64,000 nucleotides of DNA from Octopus vulgaris (Eukaryota), in the NCBI GenBank assembly GCA_951406725.2, contig OX597817.1:89404001-89468000 (forward strand), given 5' to 3'. Every line of letters starts with the position of its first letter. Positions within the stretch are counted from its first letter, which is position 1. The translations under genes and the position numbers were made by a program. The notes below the pieces were generated by a model. That model was not told the origin of the DNA. It was given only the letters and a program-made list of their open reading frames with translations, and did not search any database. Shown here piece by piece: positions 41,147 through 55,376 of the stretch.

Positions 41147-41428
41147 ATGTATGTATGTATGTATGTATGTATGTATGTATGCATGCATGCATGTATGTAT
41201 GTATGTATGTATGTATGTATGTATGTATGTATGTATGTATGTATGTATGTATGCATGCATGTATGTATGTATGTATGTATGTATGTATGTATGTATGTAT
41301 GTATGTATGTATGTATGTATGTATGTATGTATGTATGTATGTATGTATGTATGTATGTATGTATGTATGTATGTATGTATGTATGTATGTATGTATGTAT
41401 GTATGTATGTATGTGTGTATGTATGTAC
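41043..41428. repeat. Long (ATGT)n microsatellite
   Basis: Directly visible. Confidence 0.97.
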
Positions 41429-41681
41429 AGTTTTATCTGTACAGATATTACCTCTGTCATTAAAATGTGCTCAATACATATACGTTTGTAGAACTTATAT
41501 ATGTTTTGCATATCTTACAGTACAACTGATCCACTTCAACACTCCACACATGCACATACACACACACACACATTCACACACGCACACAATTACACACACA
41601 CACACACATACATTCACACACGCACACAATTACACACACATATACACATACATACACGTAAACACATACGTAAGTCCCTGC

Positions 41682-41755
<74 letters not shown>

Positions 41756-41766
41756 GTCTGCCTGTC

Positions 41767-43638
41767 CTTCGACATCGCACGTTCGGTCCGTCAGGGATGC
41801 CCCCTCTCGTCGCTTCTATACGTATTGACTCTCGAGCCATTATTGCGGAAGCTGGCAACCTTGAGAGGCATCCCGCGAGAACTGGGATGCGGGACGAGCG
41901 TGTCTGCATACGCGGACGACGTCACCGTCATAGTGTCTAGCCACGAGCACATCGAGCAGGTCGGCGAGACACTGAAAAACTACGAAGCGGTGACAGGAGC
42001 GAAAATCAACCGGGAAAAGTCAGTGGGCTTGCGACTAGGCACCTGGAGAAGCAAGCCCATGCCCTCCACCAGCGCCTCCGTCGTGGGACGCTGGACCGAC
42101 GGCCCGGTTGCGTTGCTCGGCGTCTGGTTCGGTCCGGACCTCCAAGTGGAGAAGAACTGGAACGAGATAACAAGTAGGGTGGTCACTCTCGCCCGGCAAT
42201 GGGCCGAGAGGAAACTGTCCCTAAAAGGTCGGGCGGAGGTGGCGAACACGTACATCGCGTCCGTCATCTACTACCGCCTGACCGTCGTACCTTGTCCCGA
42301 CCCTACCATCACCAAACTACAACGCATTCTCTTTCGCTTCTTGTGGAAAGGATGCGTCCCGATGGTCAGGCGATCCATTTGCTGTCAACACCCGTTAAAA
42401 GGAGGGCTGGGCATGCCGTGGTTGATGATGCGCAGACACGCGCTGAGACTGCGACATCTCTGGCTCTATGTAGACGACGGTGAACAGGTGTGGTCGCCGT
42501 TTGTGAGGCACGCTTTCCCGCAGCTCGTCTCCATGACCGAACTGCAGTCGTGGATCAAAAAGAGGCCGAGGAAGGGCGAATGGCACCGCGAGTGTCGCGT
42601 TGCTCTCAAGCAACTCTGCCGTCCTGGGTCGACCTTGAGTGACTTCAACACAACCAAAGCATTCTATAGGGGTTTAGTGGAGGGGAGGTACGACGACGAG
42701 CTCGGGGCGAACCTGGACGTCGACGAGGAGTACCTGACCCGCCTGTTCAGGACGACTTTCGGGCCAGGGCCCATGGACAACTTCCAGAGATCCCTGGCCT
42801 GGCAGTGCTACCGAGAAGCGCTACCCGTTCGGGATAAGCTCTACAGACACGGCTCGAGAAACACGGGGCCGACCTGCCCGAGATGCGGTCAGAGCGACGA
42901 AACCGTTCTGCACGCACTCGTGCAGTGTCCAACAATTTCCGACCTGTGGGCTTATGTCGAACAACTGCTGTCACGTGTGGGACGAGTCTGAGGTTTGTCA
43001 CGCCTCCTTCCTTCAAACGGGAAGGAAGAGCTATTTTCATCATCCTTGTGGCTATGGCGAAAGAATGTATCTGGTGGACGCATCTGAAAGGATTGGAGAC
43101 AAACACTTTCCTCTCTGGTCAATCTCTCATCAACTTCTTCAAGTACCACTTGAAAAGGAAAGTGAGAGTAGAGAGGCAAGTTTTGTCTAGCGAATGTTTT
43201 AAAAAGATGGGTGCATGTAGCAAGAATGGCACGTATGAATGACGAAGCCACCTTGAGCATGATCCTATGAACCCAGAAATTGAAAACAGAGAGTTGCTTA
43301 TTCGCAAAAAGAAAAAAAGAAATATAACATGTGACTCCATTGACCGAGGTTACCGTGGTCTTTTCCGTAGGCTTTTCCTTCCACGGGTAAACCTCACCTG
43401 TCCTCCCCTTTACACTTCATATTGACATTTCTGTGATAACGATCCCTATTGATCAATCTTTTTTTTTTCTCCCCCCTTTATTTTTAACCCCCCTTTATTT
43501 GTCCTCTTTCTCTCCTTTTACGATCCCTTTTGATCGAAACTCCCCCTTCCTTTTTTTTTTTTTAAACCTTCAAAAGAAAAGCTCTACCTTGTAATTTGTT
43601 CTATCTGTGTGCAGCCCTGTGTGGCTAATAAAGAAACA
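41767..43638 (+). mobile_element. 5'-truncated, relatively intact Tx1/L1-clade LINE (copy B) with 16-bp TSD
   Basis: SVRQGCPLS, SAYADDVT, KGGLG, CPRCGQSDETVLHALVQCP; TSD tatctgtctgcctgtc at 41751-41766 and 43639-43654; ends ggctaataaagaaaca. Confidence 0.93.
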
Positions 43639-44392
43639 TATCTGTCTGCCTGTCTGTCTGATTGTCTGTCTGTCTGTCTGTCCCTCTGTCTGTTAGTCTC
43701 TTTGTCTGTTTGTCTGTCTGTTTGTGTGAGCTATGTGTGTTGTGTGTGCACGCACGTGTCTATGTGCGCGCGTGTGTGCACGTGACTGTTTGTCTCCCTC
43801 CACTGCTTGTGTGTATGCGTGGTATTATGTATGTGTGTGGTGTGTGTACGTGTGCTGTGTGTCATTCGGGGAGAAATCATATCTATATGTGTTTCTCTAT
43901 ACGTATGCATGTGTGTGTGCCTGTGTGTGTGTGTTTGAGGCCAGTGGCAGAATTTCATTAACACGGTGAAGTGTACTGAATAACTCCATTGCCCTATATA
44001 CGATAAATTCTTAACCAACTGAACATTTCCTTATTGATATAGAAAGAAATCAACAACCTAGTGGGTGTTGTTAGTAAAATCTGAACGAGAAAGGAAGAGA
44101 TAAATTTAAAAAAAAAAAGAATTAATTCAAGCGAGTTAACTTGCTTAGAAAGAAAGATAATTTTCATCTCGTGTCGAAGAAGATGGAAAGCTATGGACAC
44201 TGTGTGTCGGCCGCAGTTCGACCTCTTCAAGGTAGCACATTCGAAATTTCTTTAAATTATCTCCCTTTTTCATTTAGAGTGACGAAAATTTCAATAGGTT
44301 TTTCTATCATTTTCTTCCGTTCTAAAGGGAAAGTAATAAAATCAGAATTCATTGTGTATAGTATTTAGTATATAGAATACAAGTATGAATGC

Positions 44393-44429
<37 letters not shown>

Positions 44430-44607
44430 TGCGCGCGCGCGTACACACAAACACATTCGATTGCATCCGCATAAGTACTTTTCCTACTATAGTATTTGAC
44501 TTTCTTTTCAACATCACTATCTGGGCCAACTATCACAAGTGCACTCACACACACACACACACACGAACATAAAAACACGTAGACACGTACAAACACGGAC
44601 ACTCATG

Positions 44608-44609
44608 CA

Positions 44610-44660
<51 letters not shown>

Positions 44661-44806
44661 CATCTATATATATATATATATATATAATATATATATATAT
44701 ATATTATATATATATATTATATATATATTATATATATATATATATTGTATGTATATATATATATATGTGTGTGTGTGTGTATGTGTATATATATATATAT
44801 ACATAT
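44608..44806. repeat. (TA)n-rich microsatellite
   Basis: Directly visible. Confidence 0.95.
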
Positions 44807-45513
44807 CATCTAGGACATTCACGAAAACATATTTTCCTCTTTTCTAGCACATTGCATTAACTAGAACAAATGCGTGTGCGCGCGCTCATTCGCGCACACA
44901 CACACACACACACACATACATACGCGCGCACATCCACATTCTCACATAAATACATACACACAAACACGTCCACAAACATAGACAGAAACGTCGAGGATCG
45001 CTGGCATACAGATAATTATATTTTGTCCCCGCCATACACTCTCTTTCTCTCTCACACACACACACACACACATGTACACATACATATACACACACACACA
45101 CACACACACGTGCATACAAACTTACAAACACATTCAGAAACATCCTCGCCCACTCCCGTTATAGCTCATTATCTAGGACATTCACATGCACGCCCGCACA
45201 TACACACACCACTCACTCACACACACACATTAGCACCTCTCCCCATCCTTTGCACCCATTTATATAGGTCACCTCAACGTGTGGCAGTTTTATTTCTGTA
45301 TTTTTTTTTCTGTAGGACACATATCTCGGTCAGTGATTGTATACATGTGTTAGGATCATGTGTACTACATCGTCAGTATATGTGTTAACGTATGTAAAAT
45401 GTGTGCTAAACGTCAAAACTGTTGTTTACAAAATTTATTGTTTATCGTCTGTTCGCTTCTAATTGATGTGTATATGTATGTGTGCGGATGTATGTATGTA
45501 TGTTTTTGTGCAC

Positions 45514-45563
<50 letters not shown>

Positions 45564-46341
45564 TTATGTATGTGCGTGCGTGTGTGTGTCATTACACACA
45601 CACACGCACACACATACATAAATACATATATATATATATACATGCCTGCTTGTACATTTACATCTTTATATGTTCATATGTGCATGCTGATCTACATGCA
45701 TGAGTACGCGCGGTCCCAGTGAGAATTTTGTGTGGGGGGAGCACAAAGTTTTTTAGGATCTCCTTCATTTCAAGTAAATTCTAGAATTCAGTATATGCCA
45801 ATGCTTTTGAGACCCCACCAAAACCTGACCCCCGAGTACCCATGCACTCACTGCACCCCACTCATAGACCCCGCTTTGTACTATTTGCATTACTTTATTC
45901 TTTTACTTGTTTCAGTCATTTGACTGCGGCCATGATGATAAACTCCTGTTTTTTTTTTTATGTGCATATTTTTACCCAGTCAAATTATTGTATTTGTAAT
46001 TTTCTAATTAGCCATGTCCTTGTTGGTCTTGTAAAGCCCAGTTTCATCATTATTATATCTTTTCTTCCTTGCGCCCTCAACTCCTGATGGAATGGCAAGA
46101 GGCTTCATCGTGCTGTGCGCTGTAACCATAGGGACTTTTCAACCTGGTGAAGCTTCTTTTCTCTGGCGGGTCAGAACACAACTGGCTTTTCGTGAACAAG
46201 ACAGAACGTGAGAGACAAAAGAACGAAACCCTGGTAGTTGATTAGCACTTTATTGTCCCGAAATGCTAAAAAGCAATTGTTCCATTTTGACGTCCTGCTT
46301 CAGTATACCAGATGATGACGATGATGATTGATATACATTTA

Positions 46342-46401
<60 letters not shown>

Positions 46402-46738
46402 TAAGTATTTGTGTGTAGTGTATGTATATGCATACACACACAAACATATATATATAGAGAGAGATTCCGCTCGCCATGAAACACATGTGGCCTGGATTTT
46501 ATCTATTGTATTCCTTAAATACTGGATTTTTATTCGCATACCCGACAACCCTGGTTACCAACCGTGAACTATAAAATAACTTTTTCAGCTTATGTGTGAA
46601 AATATGGGAAAAATTCACAACCTTCTGCTCCAAGAAAATACTATTGTTCCTGAAAGTTGTATTTTTAAATGTTTTCTATGGATTGCTTTAAGCTTACTTA
46701 CTCCCAGCACCTTGATCCTTGGATCTTACCTTTGTATA

Positions 46739-46787
<49 letters not shown>

Positions 46788-46871
46788 GGAAAGAACGCAA
46801 AATATTCAAATAGACGATACGAAAACGGACGGGTCATTCGAAGCCTCTAATCTTTAGTCAAGAACCGATAT

Positions 46872-47017
<146 letters not shown>

Positions 47018-47169
47018 CCGTTGCTATTATGTTAAGCTGCGGTATGTCCAAATTTGGCCAAGTGCGTTCATTACAATATTTACTTTTGCTTGCAATAGCC
47101 GGTTCTTTTGGTCAAACTTTTGTATCTCCAGCTGCTTCAGATGCCAAGATATCAAAAATTGTAAAAGTG

Positions 47170-47308
47170 AAGAAGAAGAAGAAGAAGAAGAAGAAGAAGA
47201 AGAAGAAGAAGAAGAAGAAGAAGAAGAAGAAGAAGAAGAAGAAGAAGAAGAAGAAGAAGAAGAAGAAGAAGAAGAAGAAGAAGAAGAAGAAGAAGAAGAA
47301 GAAGAAGA
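47170..47308. repeat. (GAA)n microsatellite
   Basis: Directly visible. Confidence 0.97.
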
Positions 47309-48684
47309 TCTATCTATTTATTTATTCATAGCCTTTGGTTTGTTTCTGTTTCCTTATTTTCTCTTTTTTTTTCACATATATATTTTCAATTCACCTAAGC
47401 CATATTTGTTCTAATTAACATAGTTCTCCTCACCACTTTTTAGAGTTTACTCTAAATTCTTAATTTCCTCTTTAACTCTTTAGGGCACAACTACTCCTAT
47501 TAGATTTTTCCCTCTTCTTCATCTCGCATCTTTTTTCCCTTGCTTACACACTCTAAGGTCACAGAGTAGGTCTGCTAGCCTGGGGGTGATTTATGTTATC
47601 CTACCTCTTACCTCACTACTTCCCCACCACAATCATCATGTGTATCCTTCATTATTATTTGATTCCTTGGCAATTGTCAAAGTTAACAATTTAATAGTTT
47701 TTATCGTTTCTGCTGATGCTGGTGAATGCCGTCTGGTGGTCAAATAGATTTTCACCCATCAAACAAAATTCGGTACCAGTGGAATCGTTGTACTGACCGA
47801 CTGGCCCTAACTAATTGATTAATGTTATTTAGCGTCAAATTATACGTACATTACAACCATTATATGAGGATAATTTATTTCTACACTTTGACATCATCAT
47901 TCCATGAAATTTGTTTATGGGGAGAAAAAATATTGAAAAATATCAATAGGTGTGTGAGTGAGAAAGAAAAGAGGAGGAAGGTTTGGGGATGTACTAGAAA
48001 CAACAGCCAGATTTCCCTTAAATCACACATTTCCCTCTGAAATTATTAACAATTTCCTTTTAAACCGAAAATGTTTCTCTCATGTGTTTTAAGTGCGTAA
48101 TGAAAAAAAACAAAAATAAAACAAAAAACAAACAAATAAAAATAAAAAAAACAATGGCCAAAGTCGTTTCGGACTGGAGTATTGAAGAGGCAGCGGGAGT
48201 GAAAAAAAAATTTTTTTAATTTTTTTTCTTCTGTTCTTCGTGAAAAGATACCTCCCATCATTCTGAAGACTTTGCTGAAAAACATTGGAAAAATCTCCGT
48301 CCAAACGGAGAAATTCCAACTTATGTGAGCCGTCTGATCCGAAACTCCGTTTTCCAGAAACACCTTCCCCCGTTCCCTTCTAAAGATTTTGCCTACAAAT
48401 TTCTTTGTAATCGTTTGAAGGTATTTAATTTCATTAAAAATATACCTATTTTACAGAAAGTTATGAGGGGGAAAACGTCGAGTCCTGTATTTTTTTTCCG
48501 AAACTCCTCTCCCCATACCCTTGGGAAATTTTTTTTCCAACAAATTTTTACATACACTCAATCTATAGGATATAAGCGACAATTTGGGGAAAGTTTCGTT
48601 AAAAATTATTCATTTCACTGGAAGTTATGAGGCTACAAAATTCGGTGGGGGTATTGAACTATAGTTACGTCTTTTTTAACTTCT

Positions 48685-48784
48685 GTTAAATTTTTAAAGG
48701 ATTAATGATAAACGAGGTTAACTTTTTGGTTGACTGATTAACGATTAACGAAGTTAACTTTTCGATTAACGGTGCCCACCTCTG
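48685..48784 (-). mobile_element. Single terminus of a hAT-like DNA element with subterminal repeats
   Basis: Minus strand starts cagaggtgggcaccgttaatcg, followed by repeated ttaacga/gttaac motifs; partner end not found. Confidence 0.4.
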
Positions 48785-48798
48785 TATGTATGTATGTA

Positions 48799-48835
<37 letters not shown>

Positions 48836-48880
48836 ATGTATGTATGTATGTATGTATGTATGTATGTGTGTATGTCTGTC

Positions 48881-48912
<32 letters not shown>

Positions 48913-49411
48913 TGCATGCATGCATGCATGTATGTATGTATAAATAAGGATTACCATTTCATCTATAATAATTGATGTAGTATTTAGATTTAAACGTAAT
49001 GGAATTAATTAATACACGAATTATTAGCGAAGTCTCACATGACTTAGCATGAAAATATTTCCTTGTTCTTTTGAGCATACAAGTACTTTTTTTTCTTCTT
49101 TTCGTACACCCAAACTATGTATCGACGTAGTGTTGAAGTCAAATGGCCCAACATTCATAAATGGAAGTTTCCGCAAAGAGTAAACCTGAAATTCCCATTT
49201 CAACAGTTTGTTATAATCATTGATCCATAAATCTATAAATTCTCAAATGGATTTTCTTTTCCTTCATCCGCTGATGAAGGTATTGCTTAACTATATAACG
49301 AAAACCCATGTACTACGAGAACCATAGTTCAGTGTCCAGGTAAAATATATATGTTATCGTTTAGTTTCAATCATTCAGAATAGTTTATTAATTTATTCAT
49401 ATATGTTGTTT

Positions 49412-49690
49412 GTACCTTCTCAAGCCATGCCTGGCTCATAGGGCCGGTTTCCCGGTTTCCTTGGCGTATAGGTTTCCCACCTGGACGGGACGCCGGTCCG
49501 TCGCAGGTGAATTGCAAGATGCAGGAGGAAGGAGTAAGAGAAAGTTGTGGCGAAAGAGTCAGCAGAAGTTCGCTATTAAACGTGGAGCTTAGGTGTTTCA
49601 CTCATAAACGCACTCATCGCCCGGTTTGAGATTCGAACCTGCGATCCCTCGACCGCGAGTCCGCTGCTCAAACCACTAGGCCATGTACCT
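49412..49690 (-). mobile_element. tRNA-derived SINE family C
   Basis: Minus-strand head tggcctagtgg (A box) ... ggttcgaatc (B box); body shared with 51480-51659. Confidence 0.85.
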
Positions 49691-49857
49691 CTACTTATTC
49701 ATATATGGCTTTGTCGTTAAGAAACTCGCTTTGCAACCATATGGTTTCGGGTTCAGTCTTACAGCACTGCACGTTAGACAATGCCTCGTGAGTAAATTTG
49801 GTAGACGAAAACTATGTTATACATAACATATACCCGTTATACATAAATATATATTTA

Positions 49858-50055
49858 CATTTTTCGCCATGATAGACCCCTAGCCACTACACATTCTTTC
49901 TCTCTTTGTTTCTTTCTCTGTTCCTTTCTGTGGAAGAGCGTAGGCTCGAAACGTTAAAGACTTTTTCCATTCCCGAGCGTTATACTAATACATCTGTTTG
50001 TTGTCTACACCACCTGTCTTCGTCTTTTGTTTTTCTTTTTGCGAATTCTCCCTAT
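49858..50055 (+). mobile_element. Short PLE-terminus-like element containing a hammerhead-like motif (49924-49959)
   Basis: cttt CTGTGGAA gagc-gtag-gctc GAAACGTT aaag; flanked by TA/TG repeats. Confidence 0.55.
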
Positions 50056-50197
50056 GTGTGTGTGTGTGTGTGTATGTGTGTGTATGTGTGTGCATAATTG
50101 TGTGTGTGTTGGTTTCCTCCCCAAACGACTTAACAAACGACTTAAGATAAATGATTTGTATACATATGCACAAAGTACATATGTATAAGTGTGTGAA

Positions 50198-50257
<60 letters not shown>

Positions 50258-50562
50258 GATAGAGAGAGTGAGAGAGAGAAAGGGAGAGACAGAGTGCACC
50301 AGCGGTAAAGAGCGAAAGGAAAAGTATAGTACCTGTTACTCAGAAAGAAAATTGCGTCTTCAGTCTGTCATGTTGGAACATGTTCATTCCAACAGAAAAT
50401 GGTGAACTGAAAAAAAAACTCGGATTAACTCAGCCGTTTGTTTTAGACCCAACTAATTTCTAATGAAACCTAAAATACATTCAGTGAAAACTTGCCAAGA
50501 TTCTTGGAACTGAAATATACCTTGTGAGATTCACGTGAGCCTAGCCATTAGAATATATACAT

Positions 50563-50880
50563 GTCTGGCACTCCGTCTGTTCCAACGATGACTGTTCTAG
50601 GAACGGCCTTCAATGGAAGAGCCTACTCGTGAAATTACCATGCAAGTGGCTGGGTACGCTACAGACGCACGTAACTTTAACATAGTTCTCAGGGAGATTC
50701 AGCGTGACAGAGTATGTAGGAAGAATGGCCTACAGGTACAACTCATTTTTGCCAGCTAAATGGACTGCAGCAACGTGAAGTAAAGTGTCTTGCTCAAGGA
50801 TATAGCACGTCACCGGGGATCGAAATCACGACCTTACAATCGTGAGACGAATATTTCAACCACCAAGCCTCGCGCCTTCA
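50563..50880 (-). mobile_element. tRNA-derived SINE family D
   Basis: Minus-strand head tgaaggcgcgaggcttggtggttg...gatttcgatccccgg, then ccttgagcaagacacttta; its tail matches 56760-56952 (+). Confidence 0.7.
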
Positions 50881-50990
50881 CAATCATTCATACATACATA
50901 CATACATACATACATACATACATACATACATACATACATACATACCTACGTACGTACGTACGTACGTACATACATACATACATACATACA

Positions 50991-51021
<31 letters not shown>

Positions 51022-51195
51022 GTGTGTATGTATGTATGACACTGTCGTCAATGTTGTAATACTACTACTATGACTACTTATAAGCAACAATATTATTACG
51101 ACTCCTACAACTAATACCATCATTACAGCTGTTGCTTTCTTCTTCTTCTTCTTCTTCTTCTTCTTCTTCTTCTTCTTCTTCTTCTTCTTCTTCTT

Positions 51196-51659
51196 CCAAT
51201 CAGAACTCACGCCATTAGCCACAAAGAACAATCTCTAATTCGAGCCTACTCTAAGCTACTAAGAAAGCGTGTGGCAATTTGAAGATTCACCCACCACATG
51301 CGATAGATTGGCAGTTGCAGGGGCGCGAAAGCTACGTTGTTATCCTCATTCCGTAAACGGTGGCTTTTAACGGGTGGAGAGCTGAACCATTTTGGGGTAC
51401 AGAGGATTCGCAATCTAGACTAGGGTCTGAAAGTTTACCATACCATAGTGGGTTACACCATGGTTCCTCTGCTTTGTGGAAGAAGTAGGAAGAAAGAGTG
51501 AGAGAAAGTTGTGGTGAAAGAGTACAGCGGGGTTCACCATCGCCCCCACCGGAGCCTTATGGAGCTTAGGTGCTTTTGCTCAATAAACACTCACAATGCC
51601 CGGTCTGGGAATCGAAACTGCGCTCTTACGACCTAAACCACTGGGCCATTGCGCCTCCA
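51196..51659 (-). mobile_element. SINE family C variant with a different tail ending at (GAA)n
   Basis: Head ggaggcgcaatggcccagtgg...gtttcgattcc; body agagaaagttgtgg.gaaagagt shared with 49412-49690. Confidence 0.65.
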
Positions 51660-52107
51660 CTACAGCTGTTGCTGCTGCTTTTGTCGTTGTGGTTATTGTT
51701 GTGATTTCAGTTGTTGTTGTTATTGTGTTTGTTGTCGCGCTTATTCGTGTACGTTTACTTTCTACTGACGTCACAACAGTTTCAAAATTAAAGCCAACAA
51801 CAATAGTTGTACAACAACATCAACAGCAAAAGAAAAAAAACCCCAAAATAATTCAAAACTTAGGGTTCGGGTTTTATCGTATGTTGCTGTTATGACAGTC
51901 GACTTATTGTTGTTTTTGTTGATGTCGTTGTTGTTGCTGCTGTTGTTGTTAAATATCTAACTAAAATATCAGGAGGTTAAATGTCACATTTGTTACTTCT
52001 GCTAACCTGTCCTTGTAACGTGGCCCTCATCCATCAACATTATGGCAATAACAAACAAACAATTGTTGTTGTCGTTGATGTTTAAATCCTTGTGGTTAAT
52101 AAAGAAA

Positions 52108-52614
<507 letters not shown>

Positions 52615-52616
<2 letters not shown>

Positions 52617-53520
52617 GTTGTTGTTGCGATGGTGGTGATGATGATGGTGATGATGTTGCTGGCGGCAATGAAGGTGGGTGTTATTGTTCCTGGTGGCGTT
52701 GTTGTTGGTAGTGGTACGGTTGGTGATGGTATTGAAGGAGACGGAGATGATTGAAGGAGGTGGCGATGATGGTAATGATGGTGGTGGTGATAGTGGAGTT
52801 GATGTTGTTGGTGGTAGTGATTGTAGGTGATAGTGTTGAGGTGGTAGTCGTAATGATGGTGATGGTCATGGCGATGGTGGGAGTGTGGTTATTCGATTTC
52901 AATTTTTTTCAAAACAACGTAGTACCCTATTTTTCCGTGACATTTCTGTCATCTTCGTCATCATCATCATCATCACCATTGAATTATTCCCATCACTGTC
53001 TTTCTCCTTCTCATCCTCCTTATTCTCATCATTGTCATCATCATCATCATTATCATCATCATCATTATCATTATCAGTGTTGTCATCATAAATAACTTCA
53101 TCATTTTCGTCATCATTAAATTGCCGTCGTCGTTGTCATCATTATCACATCCTCCTCCTACTCTTACTCCTCGTTGTCATCATCATCAAAATCGTTGTCG
53201 TCGTCGTCGTCATCCTCCTCCTCCTCTTCCTCCTCCTCCTCCTCCTCCTCATCATCATCATCCTCAATATCCTCGTCATCTTCTTCTCATCCCCTCTTCC
53301 TCCCCTTCCTCTTCTACTCTTCCCCTCCTCCTCCTCCTCCTCCTCATCATCATCATCATCGTCAGCAGCTGCAGCAGTATCAATAGCAACAGCAGCAGCA
53401 ACAGAAGCAGCAGCAGCAATAGCAGCTGTTGCTGCAGCATTTTCTTTCGCCTCTTTCTCATCATCATCATCCACTTCATCAACATCTCTTCCACCTCATC
53501 ATCATCATCATCAGTAGCCA
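52615..53520. repeat. Degenerate trinucleotide low-complexity region (GGT/GAT, then CAT/CCT/CAG)
   Basis: Directly visible. Confidence 0.85.
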
Positions 53521-54087
53521 CAGCAACCTATATCTCCAACAACAAACACGCACACACAGTCACTCCACAGGACAAGGAAACAATCATAATACTACACCCT
53601 TAACCCCGACTCACACATTCATCGTACATCCTTTTAATATGTCACTTAAAGGAAGAAGAGAGCAACACCCGTGACCGTTTATTTTTCCTGGACTGCAACA
53701 TTGATGAAAAATATGATTTGCTCTAATATACTTTCTTCTGATCTTAGTGTGCCCTGGCCTATCCTGATTTGGCTTAGTCAAATCTCGATACTGCTCTAAG
53801 GAAAATGTTTCCTTCAATCCTTTCCTTCACCACGTCACCAATGAACTACCCATGATTCCACTCTGTTCATAGTTTCCACCAACTATTCACGAGACTTCCG
53901 TTCTTCCTACTGACAACCTACAGCCACTCACACACATTCACGAGTCAATCAGCAAAATTCTGTCATGTCGCTGGAGTTGCTAAAAATAGCAACTAAATAT
54001 TCCTCAAATCAAACCCTGCTGCCTTAAACAGAGAAAAGAACATTGGTTAAAAACGCTTTTGATCATCGACCGGTTGGATCACATATA

Positions 54088-54230
54088 AGCGGTTCGGCAA
54101 AAGAGACCGATAGAATAGGTACTAAGCTTACAAAGAATAAGTCCTGGGGTTGATTTGCTCGACTAAAAAGGCAGTGCTCCAGCATGGCCGCAGTCAAATG
54201 ACTGAAACAAGTAAAAGAGTAAAAGAGAGT
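54088..54230 (+). mobile_element. 3' part of SINE family B
   Basis: agcggttcggcaaaagagaccgatagaata...aaatgactgaaacaagtaaaagagt. Confidence 0.85.
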
Positions 54231-54441
54231 ACCAAATCTCGCATGGAATCCACATCAAGGGCCTTATGGACCCCATTAAACAACCATTACTCTACACATT
54301 CACCACCCTTACACGCAAAGATACATATATAATGCAACTAATACAACTCATGTTCTTCACAAGTACCAAATAAGATTGTACCACACAGCAGAGCCCAAGC
54401 CGCTGATAGTAAATAAAATGTTAACACAGTATGTTAATTCT

Positions 54442-54693
54442 CTGGAGTTGCTAACCCTTTTTTACTTATAGACCCCTTTGATTCCTTTTTTGCTTGGATG
54501 AACCCTCATAGCCATTCGATGTTTTTAAAATCATATTTTTACTATTGAATATTGTTAGGAATTGCATAGAAGAAAATTGCTATAGAATGTTGTGCATTGT
54601 AGAAATATAAGCAAGTTTATTACTCATAAATTTTAACAACAAAATCTTATATGGATCTCCAAAGATCATATGGACCCCGGTTGAGAACAACTG
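54442..54693. mobile_element. hAT-type MITE
   Basis: Left ctggagttgctaacc and right ggttgagaacaactg are imperfect CAG...CTG TIRs; internal atggaccc-like motifs; no TSD seen. Confidence 0.55.
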
Positions 54694-55051
54694 ATATAAA
54701 CGGATTAGCTACTTGTTCCTGTTGATTGGCCAAGCAATGTCAATAGCTTCGATGAGACGCCGCTAAGGTTTGGAGATCGATTGAGACTGTTCGTAATTTT
54801 CTCTTCTGTTCTACGGAGAAAAAGTTAAGATAAATTTACCATGTTTTTATGCCTACTATATAGATTTATATATATTTTACTGTTTCTTGATAATGTGCAG
54901 ACTGGGTTCCCTGTTCACAAGCCTCTGGCGTTAACTAAAGTATTGAGCATTCAAAGCATGCAAATTAGTAACCGTAGCTCTCTGGGGCGATTAGATTTGG
55001 TATGTATATAAACGGATTGACTTCTTGCTTCATTGGTGTTGGCCAAATGAT

Positions 55052-55103
55052 ATAGACACGTCTGATGAGATCCCGATAAGGATCGAAAGTCGATTAAGGC
55101 TAT
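55052..55103 (+). ncRNA. Minimal type I hammerhead ribozyme motif (unit 2)
   Basis: atag..cgt CTGATGA gatcc-cgataa-ggatc GAAA g-TCGA-t TA agg ctat: intact core, perfect 5-bp stem II, one mismatch in stem I. Confidence 0.75.
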
Positions 55104-55329
55104 TCACTTTATCAAAAGTAAAATTTGTCATGTTTGTGTATCTGCTACGTGGGTTTACATATATTATATTATTCCTTGGTACTGTGTGACTGCGTTTTTC
55201 TTGACTGGCCTCTGATAGAAAATGAATTGTTAAACATGCAAATTAGCAGCACCAGTTCTCTAGAGTTAATAGATTTGATGTATATATATATGAACTGGAT
55301 ATTTCTTTCTCTGGGATTGGTAAGTGATT

Positions 55330-55376
55330 TAGCCACCTCTGATGACACATCAATAAGAGACGAAAATCGATTAAGG
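55330..55376 (+). ncRNA. Minimal type I hammerhead ribozyme motif (unit 3, stem II decayed)
   Basis: cct CTGATGA ... GAAA a-TCGA-t TA agg; stem I cct/agg and stem III intact. Confidence 0.6.

Noticed and set aside
41501-41766. N-terminal part of the 496-aa ORF
   Set aside because: Read-through of CA/TATC repeats upstream of the truncated LINE, not a real fusion protein
47740-48670. Possible Helitron-like or other non-autonomous DNA element
   Set aside because: Looks repeat-like, but no termini, hairpin or second copy could be established
49258-49340. ccttcatc-cgct-gatgaagg hairpin containing CTGATGA
   Set aside because: Downstream GAAA/stem elements cannot be paired convincingly; at most a decayed motif
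49620-49690. tRNA gene
   Set aside because: A/B boxes are present but the acceptor stem is not formed and the sequence continues into a SINE body
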